A stretch of DNA of 63,991 nt, the filler included, from Basidioascus undulatus (Eukaryota), in assembly GCA_000826855.1 (NCBI GenBank). It is 10 parts of 10 records of this genome, joined end to end, with 100 filler letters (N's around TTAATTAATTAA, not from the genome) between each part and the next. Parts side by side here need not be neighbours in the genome. Positions count along the whole stretch, not along the records: positions 45,355 to 51,679 come from JTLS01001759.1; positions 51,780 to 58,134 come from JTLS01001760.1; positions 58,235 to 63,991 come from JTLS01001868.1; 7 more parts are not named here. One strand, written 5' to 3'. The position numbers and the translations under genes are program-made. Under the pieces are notes generated by a model, which was given only the letters and a program-made list of their open reading frames with translations, did no database searches and was not told where the DNA came from. Of this stretch, positions 51,541-63,991 are shown in pieces. The number at the start of each line of letters is the position of its first letter. The first letter of the stretch is position 1.

Positions 51541-51679
51541 CTGCGGGGGTGGGGGGCGGTATCAGCATTAGCATGGGGACATCAGGGAAATATCGGAGCA
51601 TTGGGGAAGGTAGGGGAAGGAGGGGAGGGGTGCGAGCGAGGATAGGAAGGGAGAGCGCGGATGACATACGATGATGGTC

Positions 51680-51779
51680 NNNNNNNNNNNNNNNNNNNNN
51701 NNNNNNNNNNNNNNNNNNNNNNNTTAATTAATTAANNNNNNNNNNNNNNNNNNNNNNNNNNNNNNNNNNNNNNNNNNNN
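51680..51779. other. Artificial contig linker
   Basis: N44-TTAATTAATTAA-N44. Confidence 0.98.
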
Positions 51780-51869
51780 GGGGGGTGGGGGGCAGGTGGT
51801 CTGTGGGGCAGGTGGTTGAGCAAGGTAAGGCAGGAAGATGGGTGGGGTGGGGAGGAGATGGGAAACGCA

Positions 51870-52167
51870 CAGCGATCCGAGCCTCCAGCGCAGCTTGCAG
51901 CCGCTCGAGCGTCTTCTCTGCCCCTGGCCCGGCACCCGCTCCGGCACGCTCGGCAAGTCCTTGAGCATAGACTACATCCTGCATCCCTCCATGCTGGCAT
52001 GTGAGCGCTTGGAGAGAGGGGGAGATAGGACGAGGACGGACAGCCAGCAGCGCCCTCGCCTGGACCCAATCGTCCATGTCGGCGTGTGACCGCGACTGGT
52101 CTACGGATAGAGCACCCTCGAGTCGAGAAACGAGGCGCTGGAGGAGTATCGCGTCTTCAAAAGACAT
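51870..52167 (-). CDS. N-terminal exons of a helical protein, possibly the ER SNARE USE1 (partial)
   Basis: MSFEDAILLQRLVSRLE...DDWVQARALLA|DVVYAQGLAE resembles the basidiomycete Use1 N-terminus. The SNARE domain is not in this contig. Confidence 0.45.
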
Positions 52168-52297
52168 GCCGGGTGTTGCTTCGTGGTGGATGTGGAACGA
52201 GGGCAAGCGCGTGAAAGGCGCGAGCGAGAGGCGCTTGCCTTCCGCCCCTCATCATTTCGCCCCGTCGCGTCCTCAACGCCTGTGTCCGGCATCCAGC

Positions 52298-54761
52298 ATG
52301 GTCGCGTACTCTTCCTCCCAGGGCGGGTCGTCGTACCCCATCGTGCAGGGTTTTAAGATGGGGGATCTGGTGCGTGGATTTTCGTTTTTGGATGCGGCCA
52401 GTTGGATGCTGATCTTCCGGGAGTACACAGATCGGGCGAGGGGGGTTCTCCAAGTACGTGGTGGCTCTGTCGCTCAGGATCAAAGGCGGCTCACTCCGTT
52501 TACCGCCCACAGGGTCTTCCGCGCCTACAACCCCGACCTCTCCGAGCTGCGCGTCCTCAAAGTCGTCTCTCTCGCCGGTCCAACGCCCACGCGGCGCGCG
52601 GTAAACCGCAAAGAGCTCGAGAAGGAAGTGCGCGTGCACGCCTCGCTCGCGCATGAGAACGTCCTCGCCTTCTATGACTGCGCAGAGGATAAGCGCGAGG
52701 GCCACCCGCACGCGCTTTATATACTCCTGGAGTGGGCGGCCGGGGGGGATCTGTTCGATAAGATCCGTGAGTGGGGTTGAGGAAGGAGAAGGGGAGGGGA
52801 AGGGAGGGAGGAGGGAGGCTGATGTGTGTGGTGGATGGGATGGGGTGGGGATAGAACCGGATATGGGCGTGCATGAGGACGTTGCGCATTTGTATTTGAC
52901 TCAGCTTTTGGTCGGTCTTGTGCGTGGATCTCCTCTCCCCTCTCCCCCACGCCCCGATCCCATCCCACTCACCTCTAACTCCGCACTCAGAACTACTGCC
53001 ACGAGTCCGGCATCTGCCACCGGGACCTGAAACCCGAGAACCTCCTCCTCGACGCCGTTCGTCCCCCTTCTTCCCCTCCATCCCCCTTCCCCTGCCCCAC
53101 CTCTCTTCCTCTCTCCTCTCCCACCTCCCCCCTGACACTGTCCCCGGCCACAGAACGGCAACCTCAAGATCTCCGATTTCGGACTCTGCTCCGTCTTCAA
53201 GTATAAAGGCCAAGAGCGTGCGCTCACGGACGTGTGCGGCAGTCTGCCTTACATCGCGCCCGAGGTGCGTGGCGCCGGTAGCTCAGGGGGAAGGAGATGG
53301 AGCCAGGGCGAGCGCTGATGCGAGGGAGGATGGAACAGCTCGCCCTGAGGAAACCGTACAAAGCCGAGCCGATCGATATGTGGGGCGCGGGGGTCGTGCT
53401 GTTTACTCTGCTAGTCGGCAGTGCGTTTCTTCCCTTGACCGATATGTGGGAGGAAGAAGGAGTGGGGCCGGGTGTTGATCTTTGGGGAAGGGGCGCAGAT
53501 ACGCCGTGGGACGAGCCGACGAGCAAGTCGCCCGAATGGAACGACTACGTCTCAGGCGCGTACCGGACAATGGACCCATGGAATAGGATAAATGACGATG
53601 CGCTGTGTACGTTGCCGTCCCCCTTCCTGCTTCTGCGATTCCGTTCTCACACCCCCTTTTGGGATGAGAAGCCCTCCTCCGACATCTCCTCGACGTCGAC
53701 CCCCGCAGGCGTTACACCATGGAGCACGTCAGGCAGCATCGGTGGTTCCGGCGGTGGGTCGTCTCCTCCTTCCCCCATCTCCCTTCCCTCCCCATGCTCC
53801 TTGGCCGCATTGGTCCTCATCCGCTGTCCAATCCGCCCAGACCAAACAAAGTCCACTCCGCCGGGCGGATCACAGACCCGGCGCTCCTTTCCCGCCTGCT
53901 CATGCAGAACCTCGAGGAGTCCGGCGATCTCGACATTGCGGAGCCGGGGCGCGCGCAATTCGGGGGCGCCGGCGCGCCGGCGCAGGGGAGCTTGTGCGTT
54001 TACGGCACAAATGAGAGTGCGAGGGCGAGTGAGCAGCCGGCTGATGTGGGTGGTGGCGGATCGGAGCAGCGACGAAGCAGGCGGGCTGCACTTCCTCGCT
54101 ACCGCGGCGCAGACGCAGTTCACGCAGGCGATGTCGCAGTTCGTGCGTCCCCCTTCTTCCCCTCTCCCTCCCCCTTCCACTTTCCCACACCCAAAACTCA
54201 GGAACTAATGCGTACCCTCCCCCGCAGTCGGTGACCTCCCAAAACCCAACCTACTACTCCTCCGGCACGCGCTTCTTCTCCCTCTCCCCGCCGCCCGCCG
54301 TCCTCCGCGCCGTCCTCGCCGCGCTCGCGAAGTTCGGGGTCCGGTACCAGGTCTCGCCGCTCTCTTCGGAGGGCGAAGCTGTCACAGCGGGTGGGGAGGA
54401 GAAGATGGACATGGACACCGATAAGAAGGAGGGCGAGGACGATGGCGAGGGCGGCGCGTCAGTGAGGGTCGCGTTTTTGGATGCGAGGCGCCAGCCGTTG
54501 GCGGGGGATATTGTGGTTTATAGGCAGGCGCTGAAGGGCTTGAGGGAGGGGACGTGTGTTGATTTTAGGAAGTCGTCGGTGCGTATCCCCCTCTCTCGCT
54601 CGCGGTGATTGGAACGCGGGGTTTGGGAGCTGATGTGCGGGGGGGGTGCGCGGGGACAGGGTGATCCACTGCAGTGGAAGCGGTTTTGGGGCAAAGTGGC
54701 GAGGACGGATGTGGTGCGGGGGCTGCTGCTTAGGAGGGAACACTATGAGAAGGGGGCGTGA
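52298..54761 (+). CDS. CHK1: Checkpoint kinase 1 (multi-exon)
   Basis: IGRGGFS, LEWAAGGDLFDKI|EPDMGVHEDVAHLYLTQL, HRDLKPENLLL, LKISDFGL, CGSLPYIAPE, DTPWDEPT; C-terminal TRFFS and FRKSS|GDPLQWKRFW (Chk1 KA1 motifs). Confidence 0.95.
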
Positions 54762-55257
54762 GGGGATGCCATGCTGCTTTGCTTTTTCAGTCCGCTCCGT
54801 GCGTGGGTTGGGCGTGTCGGGAGGCGCACTTCACTGAGTGAGGTCGCTGGGTAGCGAGATTGTTCGTAAGCTTTTGAGATTGAAAGCACTTCAGACATGG
54901 TTTCCTGTTCTTATTTGTCGTACATCCCTCTTGAGAGAGAGCAACAAAATAGCGGTGAACCGCGTAACCACCCGCACAGTCATAGCTGAGGGCGGAGGGC
55001 AGTCGCGTCCAGACGCACGAGCCGTTACTATGCGCTCAAAAGACTACTTTCTATACCCACTACTAGCCTCGCGTCTTCGCTTCGCATTCGATCTCTCCCT
55101 TCCCCTGCCTTCTCGCCTCCCGCCTTCCCTTGCTCGCACTAGGCACGCACCTCACTCACTGACGGACTGACCTCTGCGCGGCCGTTCACTCGAGTACGGC
55201 TCCCACTGGGCTCCACTCTTGCCAGATGGGCGCTGTCGAGATTTACTGACTGGCGGT

Positions 55258-58134
55258 GATGGTGGGCGCAGTGCTGCACCTGCACCGGTTCGCGGGCATC
55301 GCCGCCGTCAAGCCCGAGCCGGAAGCGGGCGACAACGACGACCTCATAGTCTCCACCGCGACGCCGCCGTACGCGCGCGGGGCGGCGTTGGCGAAGGGTG
55401 AGAGCAAGGACGAGGACACCAAGGCGCCGTCCGCGCAGGCGCGATCACCGTCATCCGCGCGGTCAGAGGCGGAGGGGAACAAGGAGGAAGAGGAGGGGGA
55501 GGACCACAAATCGTCGCCACGCTCGCCGTTCGCCTCCCCCGCGCCGTCGTCCCGCCCCCGAAAAGCGAGCTCCTCGGGCGCGTCGACGCCTGCCGCCGGA
55601 GGGTCGGCAGGCTCGCGCGTCCCAGGGGCACCCGTCGACATGGGTTACCTCCCGCGCGCGGACGCCGAGGCGCGCGCGACGTTCGAGGAGCTCAAGGAGA
55701 ACCTGTACCTCTCCAAGGGCCTCGGGCGGACGCAGCAGGACAACGACGAGCTCGGCTGCGACTGCTGGCAGAGCTTCAGGCGCGGTGCGTCCTGACGCCC
55801 ACCGCGCTCTGCTGGGATGGTAGACTGATGTGATTGGATGGGCGGTGGGGTACAGGGATTGATCCCCCGCATTTGGCTTGCGGCCATGACTCGGACTGCA
55901 TCAATCGCTTGACGCAGATGGAGTGCGTCGAGGGAGAGTGCAGGTGTGGGGGGTACTGCCAGAACCAGAGGTGAGTTGCGCACGTTCCCCGCAGACTTGC
56001 TGCTCCGCTTCGGAAGGGCAGCAGCCGTGTGGTGGATGGAGGGGGGGCTTCGCATCCTGCGTCTGGGTGGAATTCGCAGTTTCTGTGGGCAACGGAGAAG
56101 TTTCCCGGTCTTCATATGGGGTATTGGGAGATGGGGGCAGATGGGCTGCAGGGATTGCTGCACCGCCGTCCCTCGCACTCTCCCCCTTCCGCCACGCTCC
56201 CCCCTCGCCGCACACCCAACCGTCGTCTCTTCCGTCATCCTTCAATCCCACCCCTCCGTCGTACAGCCGAACTGACAACCCTCATCTTCCCCCATCTTCC
56301 TCTCCCGGCCAGATTCCAGCGCCGCGAGTACGCGCCGATCGAGATCGTGCAGACGGAGAAGAAGGGCTTTGGCCTGCGAGCGGGAGCGGACATCCACGCC
56401 GAGCAGTTCATCTACGAATACGTCGGCGAGGTCGTTCCGCAGCACGTCTTTCTCAAGCGCATGCAGGCCTACTTCGACGAGGGCATCCGACACTTCTACT
56501 TTATGATGCTGCAGAAGGAGGAGGTGCGTTCCTGTCTTCCCCCCTCACCCCCTCTCCCTCTCCCCCTCTCCCTCTCCCCCACGAAGAGGGATCGGACGGG
56601 AGGGTGAAAGGGGAAGAGGGAGAAGGATGGTGGAGACTGATGAAGTTGTGGTGTGGGTTGGGGATGACAGTACATCGACGCGACCAAGATGGGCGGGATC
56701 GGGCGCTTCGCGAACCACTCGTGCGCGCCCAACTGCTACGTCGCCAAGTGGGTCGTCGGCAAGCACGTCCGCATGGGCATCTTTGCCAAGCGCGACATCA
56801 TGAAGGGCGAGGAGTTGACGTTCAACTACAATGTCGACCGGTGCGTCCCTCATTCACCGGCTTTCTTCCGCTGCTATGCTTGGATGCTGACAGGAGGGGC
56901 ATTCGCGCGCACAGATTCGGGTGCGTTTGTCTTTGGAGTACTGTTGGGGTTGCGTTGGCATTGGCGCTGACGGTGGATGTTGTGTGACGGTGCAGCCACG
57001 ACGCACAGGTCTGCTACTGCGGCGAGCCCAATTGCATCGGCTTCATCGGCGGCAAGACGCAGACGGACATTGCGGTGATGGACGACCTGTACCTTGATGG
57101 TGCGTTTCTCTCCCTCGCTTTCTTCACACCCCGCGCGTGTGGCTGACGTTGTGGGCGATGGACGTGCACAGCCCTCGGTATCGCGGAGGACGTGGAGAAG
57201 TACCAGCTCAAGGGGACGAAGAAGAAGAAGAGCAAGAACCTGGACGAGGACTACGAGGTGCGCTTTGCGCTTTTGCGTTCAGTCGCATTGCGCTGTGGGC
57301 TGATGGGTTTGGGATTGGGGGGGACGCCAGGTCAAACTCAAGCCGATCAAGGAGTCCGAGGTGCCGAAGGTCATTGCCGCCGTCCGGCAGTCGACGAGCA
57401 ATCGCCGCATCTTGGTCAAGCTGCTCAAGCGTATCAAGGTGCGTCTCCCACACCGCCTCACGAACCTCAGCCAGAGCTAGCACGCATGCTGACGAGCGAG
57501 CTTGGCGGGCCGGCAGATGACGGACGACGTCGACGTGCAGCGCCGGCTGATGCGCATGCACGGCTTCAGCATCCAGTCCGGCCTGCTCACCGAGTTTGCG
57601 GACGACAACGAGATCTGCACGCTCGTGCTCGAGCTCCTCGTCGACTGGACGGGCAACCTCCTCGCGCGCAACAAGATCACGGACTCCAAGATCGAGGAGC
57701 CCGTGTCCGCGTTCCTGGAGTCGGAGGACGACCATTTGAAGGACCTCGCGGGGCAGGTGTGTCCCGCACGTTGAGGACTGGCTGCTTGGTTGGAGACGCT
57801 GACATGTGCGAATTCTGACAGCTCATCACGCGCTGGAGCACGCTCGACACGGCTTACCGGATTCCTCGACGTGCCATCACGGTACGTCCAACTTCTGAAG
57901 ATGCTTCACGAAAGTGAATGTGCTCACGCGTACCACCCGGAAGGATACTCCGACGGACGACTCGCACAAACGACCCCCAGAAGAGCCTTCTCCCGCTCGC
58001 CCTCCGCCCGACAAGCGACCCCGCTTGGCAAACACCCCATCCGAACTCTTCGTCTCCGCGAAGGTCTTCTCTCGCCCCGCCATCGCCGCGCCCCCAGCAA
58101 AGTGCGTCGCGGGCGGGTTCCCCTCCGGGGGTGG
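55258..58134 (+). CDS. SET2: Histone H3K36 methyltransferase Set2, 3'-truncated (start approximate)
   Basis: AWS ([16 protein letters not shown]...CQNQR), SET (KKGFGLRA...YEYVGEV...[11 protein letters not shown]...[10 protein letters not shown]) and post-SET ([19 protein letters not shown]). Confidence 0.96.
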
Positions 58135-58234
58135 NNNNNNNNNNNNNNNNNNNNNNNNNNNNNNNNNNNNNNNNNNNNTTAATTAATTAANNNNNNNNNN
58201 NNNNNNNNNNNNNNNNNNNNNNNNNNNNNNNNNN
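58135..58234. other. Artificial contig linker
   Basis: N44-TTAATTAATTAA-N44. Confidence 0.98.
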
Positions 58235-59831
58235 GCTCGAGGATCTCCTGGCGCTTGAGGCTCTTGAGGCGCTTGAGCTCCTCGAGCTTGTGCTGCTTCT
58301 CCGCCTCCTTGCGCTCCTTGCGCGCCTGCCGCGCCTTCTTGCGCTTGTCGTCCTTCCGCCGCACCGTGCCCTCGATCTCGCGCGCGTGCGTGACGACCGT
58401 GTCCGCGCCCCTGCAAACCCCATCATCACCCACACCTTCAGTTTAGTTTCCAGTTCCGGGAATGCACGAGGAAGCAGGGAAGGAGGAGGGGGGGACGACG
58501 CACGGCTCCTCGAAACGGAAGTTGTACTTCGTCTCGAACTCCTCCGCCTTGTCGTCCCACTCGTCGTCCTCGTCCACTAGCTCGTCGACCGCGTTCGCGC
58601 CCGACGGCGCAGCGAAGGTAGCCGCTGCGTCGGTGATCTCGTCGTAGGTGGGAACGCGCGTCGCGGACTGGTCGAGCCATCCGCGGTTGAGGATGTAGCT
58701 GTCCCAGCCAACTCGATGTAAGCACACCGCACCGCAGGGAAGTGAAATGGAAGGTAAGGGGAATGTGAAGGGGAATGTGAAGGTGGAGGGGGAGAGGACG
58801 CACTCCATCAAGAACTGCTCATCAGCCGTCTGCTTGGCCTTCCGCTCCTTCGCCTTCGCCTTCGCCTTCATCTTCACCCACCCCGGCTCCTCCTCTCCAT
58901 CCTTCGTCTCCCTCTTCTCCACCTCCTCCTTCTTAACCTCCTGGCGTTCCATGGCGGCATCTTCTCGCTCCAGCCCGAGCGCAAGCCGGATCTCGTCCTC
59001 CCCCACACTCTCCATCAAGAACCGGCGGTACCCGTCCCGCTCGTCCGGGTCCTCGTCCGCCCCCACACGCCGCACCTGCAGCAGGTCGTCGTCCTCCTCC
59101 TCCCCGCCCGCCGAAGTGTGGAACGCCGAGACGACCTCGCGCTTCAGCGCGGCTTGCTCGGCCGCGTGCGTGTGCGGGAGGGGCTCCGAGGGGAGGGAAG
59201 AGTCGTCCCCGTTCGCGGAGGCGAGGAGCGCGGCGCGCTGGTAGTCTTGCAGGGTGACGGGCTTGGACTGCGGACGCGTGGCTGTTCAGCAGTCATCTGG
59301 CTTGAAAGCATACGAAGACCGTACCTTGTCCTTCCGCGTCAGCTTGACCTTCGCAGCCGCAGCAGCCGTCCTAGCCTGCTCCTCTGCACCAGATCGCTCC
59401 CAGCTCAGCCTCACTCTTCCCAAGTCCCCCAACCCCTCCCGCGGACTCACCCTCAAAGATGCTGCCCGCGCCCTGGTAGATCGCGGGGTCCTTGGCTTTG
59501 ATCCGCGCAAGCGTGCGCAGGATCGCAGCGTCCATCGCGGGCGTGACGTCCTCGCCGTCCTCGTCCTCGCTCTCGTCCGACTCCGAGTCGCTGAACTCCG
59601 ACTCGTCCGACTCCGCCGCGTCGCCGTACTTCTCCTTCACTGGGAGGCGGGAGCTCAGCGCGATGACGGGGAAGTGAGAAGAAGGATGACGGAACGGAAC
59701 GCACGTCTTTGGAGCTCCTCTCGTTTCTTGTTGTGCTCGAACCGGGCAGCAAACTTCTCGTTGATCTTGAAGCCCGAGCCCGTCTCGGTGTCGGACGAGT
59801 CGGAGCTCGAGAGGTCCAGCGCGGCGGGCAT
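58235..59831 (-). CDS. KRI1: KRI1 40S biogenesis factor, 3'-truncated
   Basis: FKINEKFAARFEHNKKREELQR|LKEKYG, MDAAILRTLARIKAKDPAIY, FLMD|YILNRGW, EEFETKYNFRFEEP, LKRLKSLKRQEI. Confidence 0.93.
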
Positions 59832-61192
59832 TGCGGGTGGTGGTGGCGGAAACTGTGAGCTGGGACGGTGCTGGGTGATTTGTGCGTGGTATGAAGGGAA
59901 GAATGCCAGGTCGAAAGTGGTATCAGTGTGCGGGTGGCAGCGCAGGAGGAACAGCACTCGAAATTTCCAAGCTCGCGCTTTCACACGGAAGTTGCAATTT
60001 GGGTTAGATTTCAGGGGATGCTGCACATTATGAAGACTACAGCAGTTCGTTCCATGGTAAATAAAATATCGCATTGGCAGTGATCACGACAGTGAGATGC
60101 ACAACGGGATGCATTACTGTGTCCAGCCAGCGAAGAAGGCATACTGCCCTCACACGGAGCCAGCTTCGTTCTTTCCCCGTGTGCACCCAGCTTAGCATTG
60201 CCATAGTACTTCGCCCGTATTGACACAACAAGCTGTTTGTATACGAAATACTCAATAAGTGAGAAGGTGGTGTACAACAAAAGCCAAGGAAAGCGTCTCG
60301 GTGCTCTTCTGGAGGGAGTTTCTGGTGGACGTCACTCCCTGGCCACCGTCGACCTCTCCCCTACAACAGGTTCTTAAGAGTCGTCCACTCATCCTGAATC
60401 TGTCAACAGATCAACAGAGACATCATGATCTGCTCAAATCCCTACTTCTTTCAGGCTGAGCCGATCAGGAGAGTAGGGAGATGGCGATGCCGGCCGGCCC
60501 AGACCGTGTCACCAACCCGCACTCCCGTCCGTCAGCCTTTTCAAGTGATCGTGCTCTGAGCTCAGTCATTCCCTTCACGCAAAGCGCACCAGCAGGCCAA
60601 AGAACCGTCATGATGTCCGATGGCTTGATGAAGATTCTCAGTCACGGCAAGAATTCGACGCCGAGCCAGTAGAGGCGATGCTCGATCGCGGTGGGGCGGT
60701 TTGGGAATGGGTGGACGATGTGCAGGTACACCTGAGATAGAAATGGTCTGTGATGTTCTGATGGACTGCGACAAGGGTAGAACTCATAAACTCCGGCTCC
60801 AGCTCGATTGGGCTATCCGAGTCGGACAGTCGGGCATGGGAAAGTAGGAGCGATAGAACGGTTAGGGGAATAAGATGGTGAGGGAAGGTAGTCAAGAGAA
60901 TCCAAGCGATGGTCCGCTGTCATACACAGGTCGACCGGCGTTGAAGCCAACTGTTTGTTACACCGTGCGGCCCGTTCGGAAGAGTCGTCCGCTGCCACGG
61001 TCCCGCACTTGCCTGGAAATGGCCGCACATCTCTCACCGAAATTGGAAGTCAAATTTTATGAAGAAAGTCCAAAAGAAACCCTGTAAATACCACCCGTAT
61101 CAGCGTCGTCCTCCCAGTCCGACGAGCGCCTCGAAGACACCACACGTACCTCAACTCTACTACTCTTTCACGCCCCTCATTGCTTCGTTTCC

Positions 61193-63991
61193 TCATGCAA
61201 TCTCGATCTGCCAATCCTCCGCAACGAACACCTTCGGGTCCTTGAGCACAAGCTCGCTCGCCCGGCCCTCCTTCCTCCCCTTCGCCGCCGCGCCCGGCGT
61301 CCAGCTCCACTCGACGTCCCTGCCCCCGACCTTGACCGCCCTCGGCTCCGTCTCAAGCCCAAGCACGACGACGCGCTCGACCCTGATCTCCTTCCCGTCC
61401 TCCCACTTGCCGCCCTTGCGCTCGGGGTCCGCGTCCTCGCTGGACAGCGTCCACCCGCCCGCCGAGCGAGGCGCGAACGCGAACCGCCGCCAGATATACG
61501 CGCCCCGCTCGTGCTCGAACGTCTCGCCGTCGTCGAGGTAGACCTCCCCCTCGGCCGTGCGGTCTTTGGAGAGCGCGACGACGAGTGTGAGAGGGTCGCG
61601 GTTCATCAGCGGCGCGGCGCGACGGATGCGCGTCCGCTGGGGGAGGATCGAGCCGCCACGGTGGAAGAGCGGGATGGCCTCGAGCGGGGTCGGGACGGTG
61701 ATGTGCTTCTTGTGGAGCGAGCCGAGATGCAGTGCGTGCGTGAAGTAGTCGTAGTAGGGCTGCGGAAGGCCATGCCATGTGAGCCATTTCTGCGGGAGAA
61801 ATGAATGTGCAGAAAAGGAATCACCTCATCGTCCGCAAGGTAGACCGTCGTCTCCTTCGCGCCCTCCTCCACGACTGGCTTGACGAGCAGACCTGATCCG
61901 CCGACAAAGTACTGGTCGTCGACGTCGAAGCCGGCCTCGTCCTTGGGGAAAACGACGTACTGCGGACTACAAACCCATCCCATCTCACCCAGTCAGCTTT
62001 CCACTCCCAGCCGATCAACCGCCCCTCAGAACGCGCACCTAGCGACCGGCAGGCCGGTCCTGCTGGACTCGTGGAACGCCGTGTACCACGCGGGGAGAAG
62101 CCCGTAGCGGAGGCGGATCGCATCGCGCACGAGGCCCTGGTACGGCTGGTCGAGGAGGTACGGCTCGCGGCGCTTGGTGTCGATGTGCGCGTGCGCGCGG
62201 AAGAAGGGGTGGAACGCGCCCGCCTGGTACCAGCGCACGAGGAACTCGGGCCCAGGGTTGCCGAAGAAGCCGCCGACGTCCGCTGGACACCCACCCATTA
62301 CTCAGATGAGCTACATCGCAAGCTTTCCAGGAAGAAAGAACGAACGACGCACCCCCAGAGAAGACGATGCCCGCGATGTTGTTGGAAAGGACCATCGGCG
62401 CCGCGCTCTTGAGGTGGTCCCACGTCCCGAGGTTGTCGCCCGTCCAGATCGCGCCGAAGCGCTGCGAGCCAGCGTAGTACGAGCGCGAGAGGACGAACGG
62501 GCGGCGGGGCGGGTCCTGGCGGGCGATGAGCGCCTGTGAGGTAACGTTTTGCTGTGCAAACGAACGCGCGGATGTCAGCTCATGCGATGGACCGGCGGGA
62601 TGATTGATGGGAAACGCACGAAGAGCACTGCGCAGTGGGAGGATGTCAGACAATTTGATGCGGACGGGCGGGAGGCAGAAGGAGAAAGACGCACTGCCGT
62701 TGATGTTGTGGATGTCGCGATGCTCCCAGCCGCCGTGGAAGATGTTGTCCTTGGGCATGGTGATCTCCGGGCCGTTGAACACCGAGGGCTCGTTCATCTG
62801 CAGTCCAGCACATCAGCCACAGCTCTTTCCCCGTCCCCCTCCCACGCGAGCGACCCACGTCGTTCCAGATCCAGAGGTTCTTGCTAGAGTCCTGCATCCT
62901 CTCCCTTCGTCAGCGTCACACGCTAGTCGACGTGAGAGGTAGATTGAACGCACCGTCCACTTCTTGAAGTCAAACATGCCGATCCACCAGTCCCAGCTCT
63001 TCGGGTTGAAGCTGCAGAGGACGTGTAAGCGAAGGCGTCAGGAGAGAGAACGCATGGGGGAGGGGAGAGCACGCACAAGTCGACCCAGCTCGAGCTGCCC
63101 GTCCAGCACCAGCCCTCGTACTCGCTCTGGCCGTCGGCGTTCTTGACGAGGATGTCGTGCTCCTTAGCCTCCTTGTAGACATGCAGGTCGTCCGTGCGCT
63201 TAATGTGCGGATCGATAATCGCGACCATCTGCCATCGTTCCCATCAAAGCCGTCAGGACTTTGTGAGAGTGAAGAAGAGCAAGAAAGAGATGGAAAATGG
63301 TAGACGCACCTGCCGACCCGTCGCCGCAACGCTGTCGAGCATCGCCTTGGGGTCGGGGAAGTTCTTCTTGTCCCAGATAAAGTACTTGTGCTCCTCGGCG
63401 TACTCGATATCGAGCCAAATGACGTCGACGGGGACGTCTGCCTTGTCAAAGTTGTCGACGACATCGAGGACGTCGCGCGAGCTGAGGTAGTTCCAGCGGC
63501 ACTGGTGGTGGCCGATCGCGAACAGCTGCGGGAGGGGCGCGGTGCCGGTAAGGTCCGCGTACTGCTTGAACGTGTCGAGCGGAGTCGGCCCGGGGAGGAT
63601 GAAGAGGTCGAGGATGCCCGACTCGGCGATCCAGTGCGTCGCGGTCGAGGAAGGCGTGGGGTGCGTCACGTCGATCCACGTCTCGGACGCCGAGAGGAAG
63701 AGGACGGAGACGGTCGAGCGCGCAGAGTGCGCGTGCAGGAGCGGGACCGCGCCGTAGAGCGCCATCGAGGAGGACGGCTCGTACTCGAAGACGTCGAGGT
63801 TCCACAGCCGGTACGGGTCCGTGTACGCCTCGCCCGCGTACATCTCACGCGGGGGCAAAGTCCCATCCGTGGGCGGGAGGGAGAGCGGCGCAGCGTGCTC
63901 GGGGATGCCAAATACGTGTGCGTGCGAGGGGAAGGTGATGTCGAGAGAGAGGGCTTCGGGGCCTGCAAAGCGACACAGCGTCTTCAGAAGC
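61193..63991 (-). CDS. ROT2: ER glucosidase II alpha subunit (GH31), 5'-truncated by the window end
   Basis: [50 protein letters not shown] (catalytic nucleophile motif), [33 protein letters not shown]. Confidence 0.97.

Overview
This is eukaryotic, GC-rich, intron-dense fungal DNA, most likely from a basidiomycete. It is not one locus. Ten unrelated contigs (about 6.3-6.4 kb; the last is cut off by the window end) are joined by artificial 100-bp linkers (44 N + TTAATTAATTAA + 44 N), so gene neighbourhoods across linkers mean nothing. Recognisable spliced genes, many truncated at contig ends: a StuA-type APSES factor, Y14/RBM8A, monothiol glutaredoxin GRX5, a VPS9-domain GEF, an Argonaute N-terminal exon, an ODC-type mitochondrial carrier, a DUF3818/PX-associated protein, a BBC1/AIM3-like cysteine-proteinase-fold protein, poly(A) polymerase, an acyl-CoA synthetase, PA2G4/Cdb4, a GST, NC2-beta, a possible USE1, CHK1, SET2, KRI1 and glucosidase II alpha. 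There are also two intron-containing tRNAs (Asp-GTC, Ala-AGC), several orphan secreted proteins and several pseudogenes. The standout is an AT-rich block of about 1 kb (31278-32309) joined abruptly to a decayed host gene. It carries an intronless, 5'-truncated giant-virus (NCLDV)-type PD-(D/E)xK endonuclease with a C-terminal SAP/HeH-like domain, an AAAATTGA motif, and a frameshifted PP2A B56 fragment whose codon usage is unlike the host's. It is a candidate endogenous giant-virus/HGT relic, or a chimeric contig. Other observations: an intron-split start codon in Y14, 6-18 nt micro-exons, and a candidate structured ncRNA at about 46.75-47.39 kb. All family calls come from motif recognition by eye; no searches were run.
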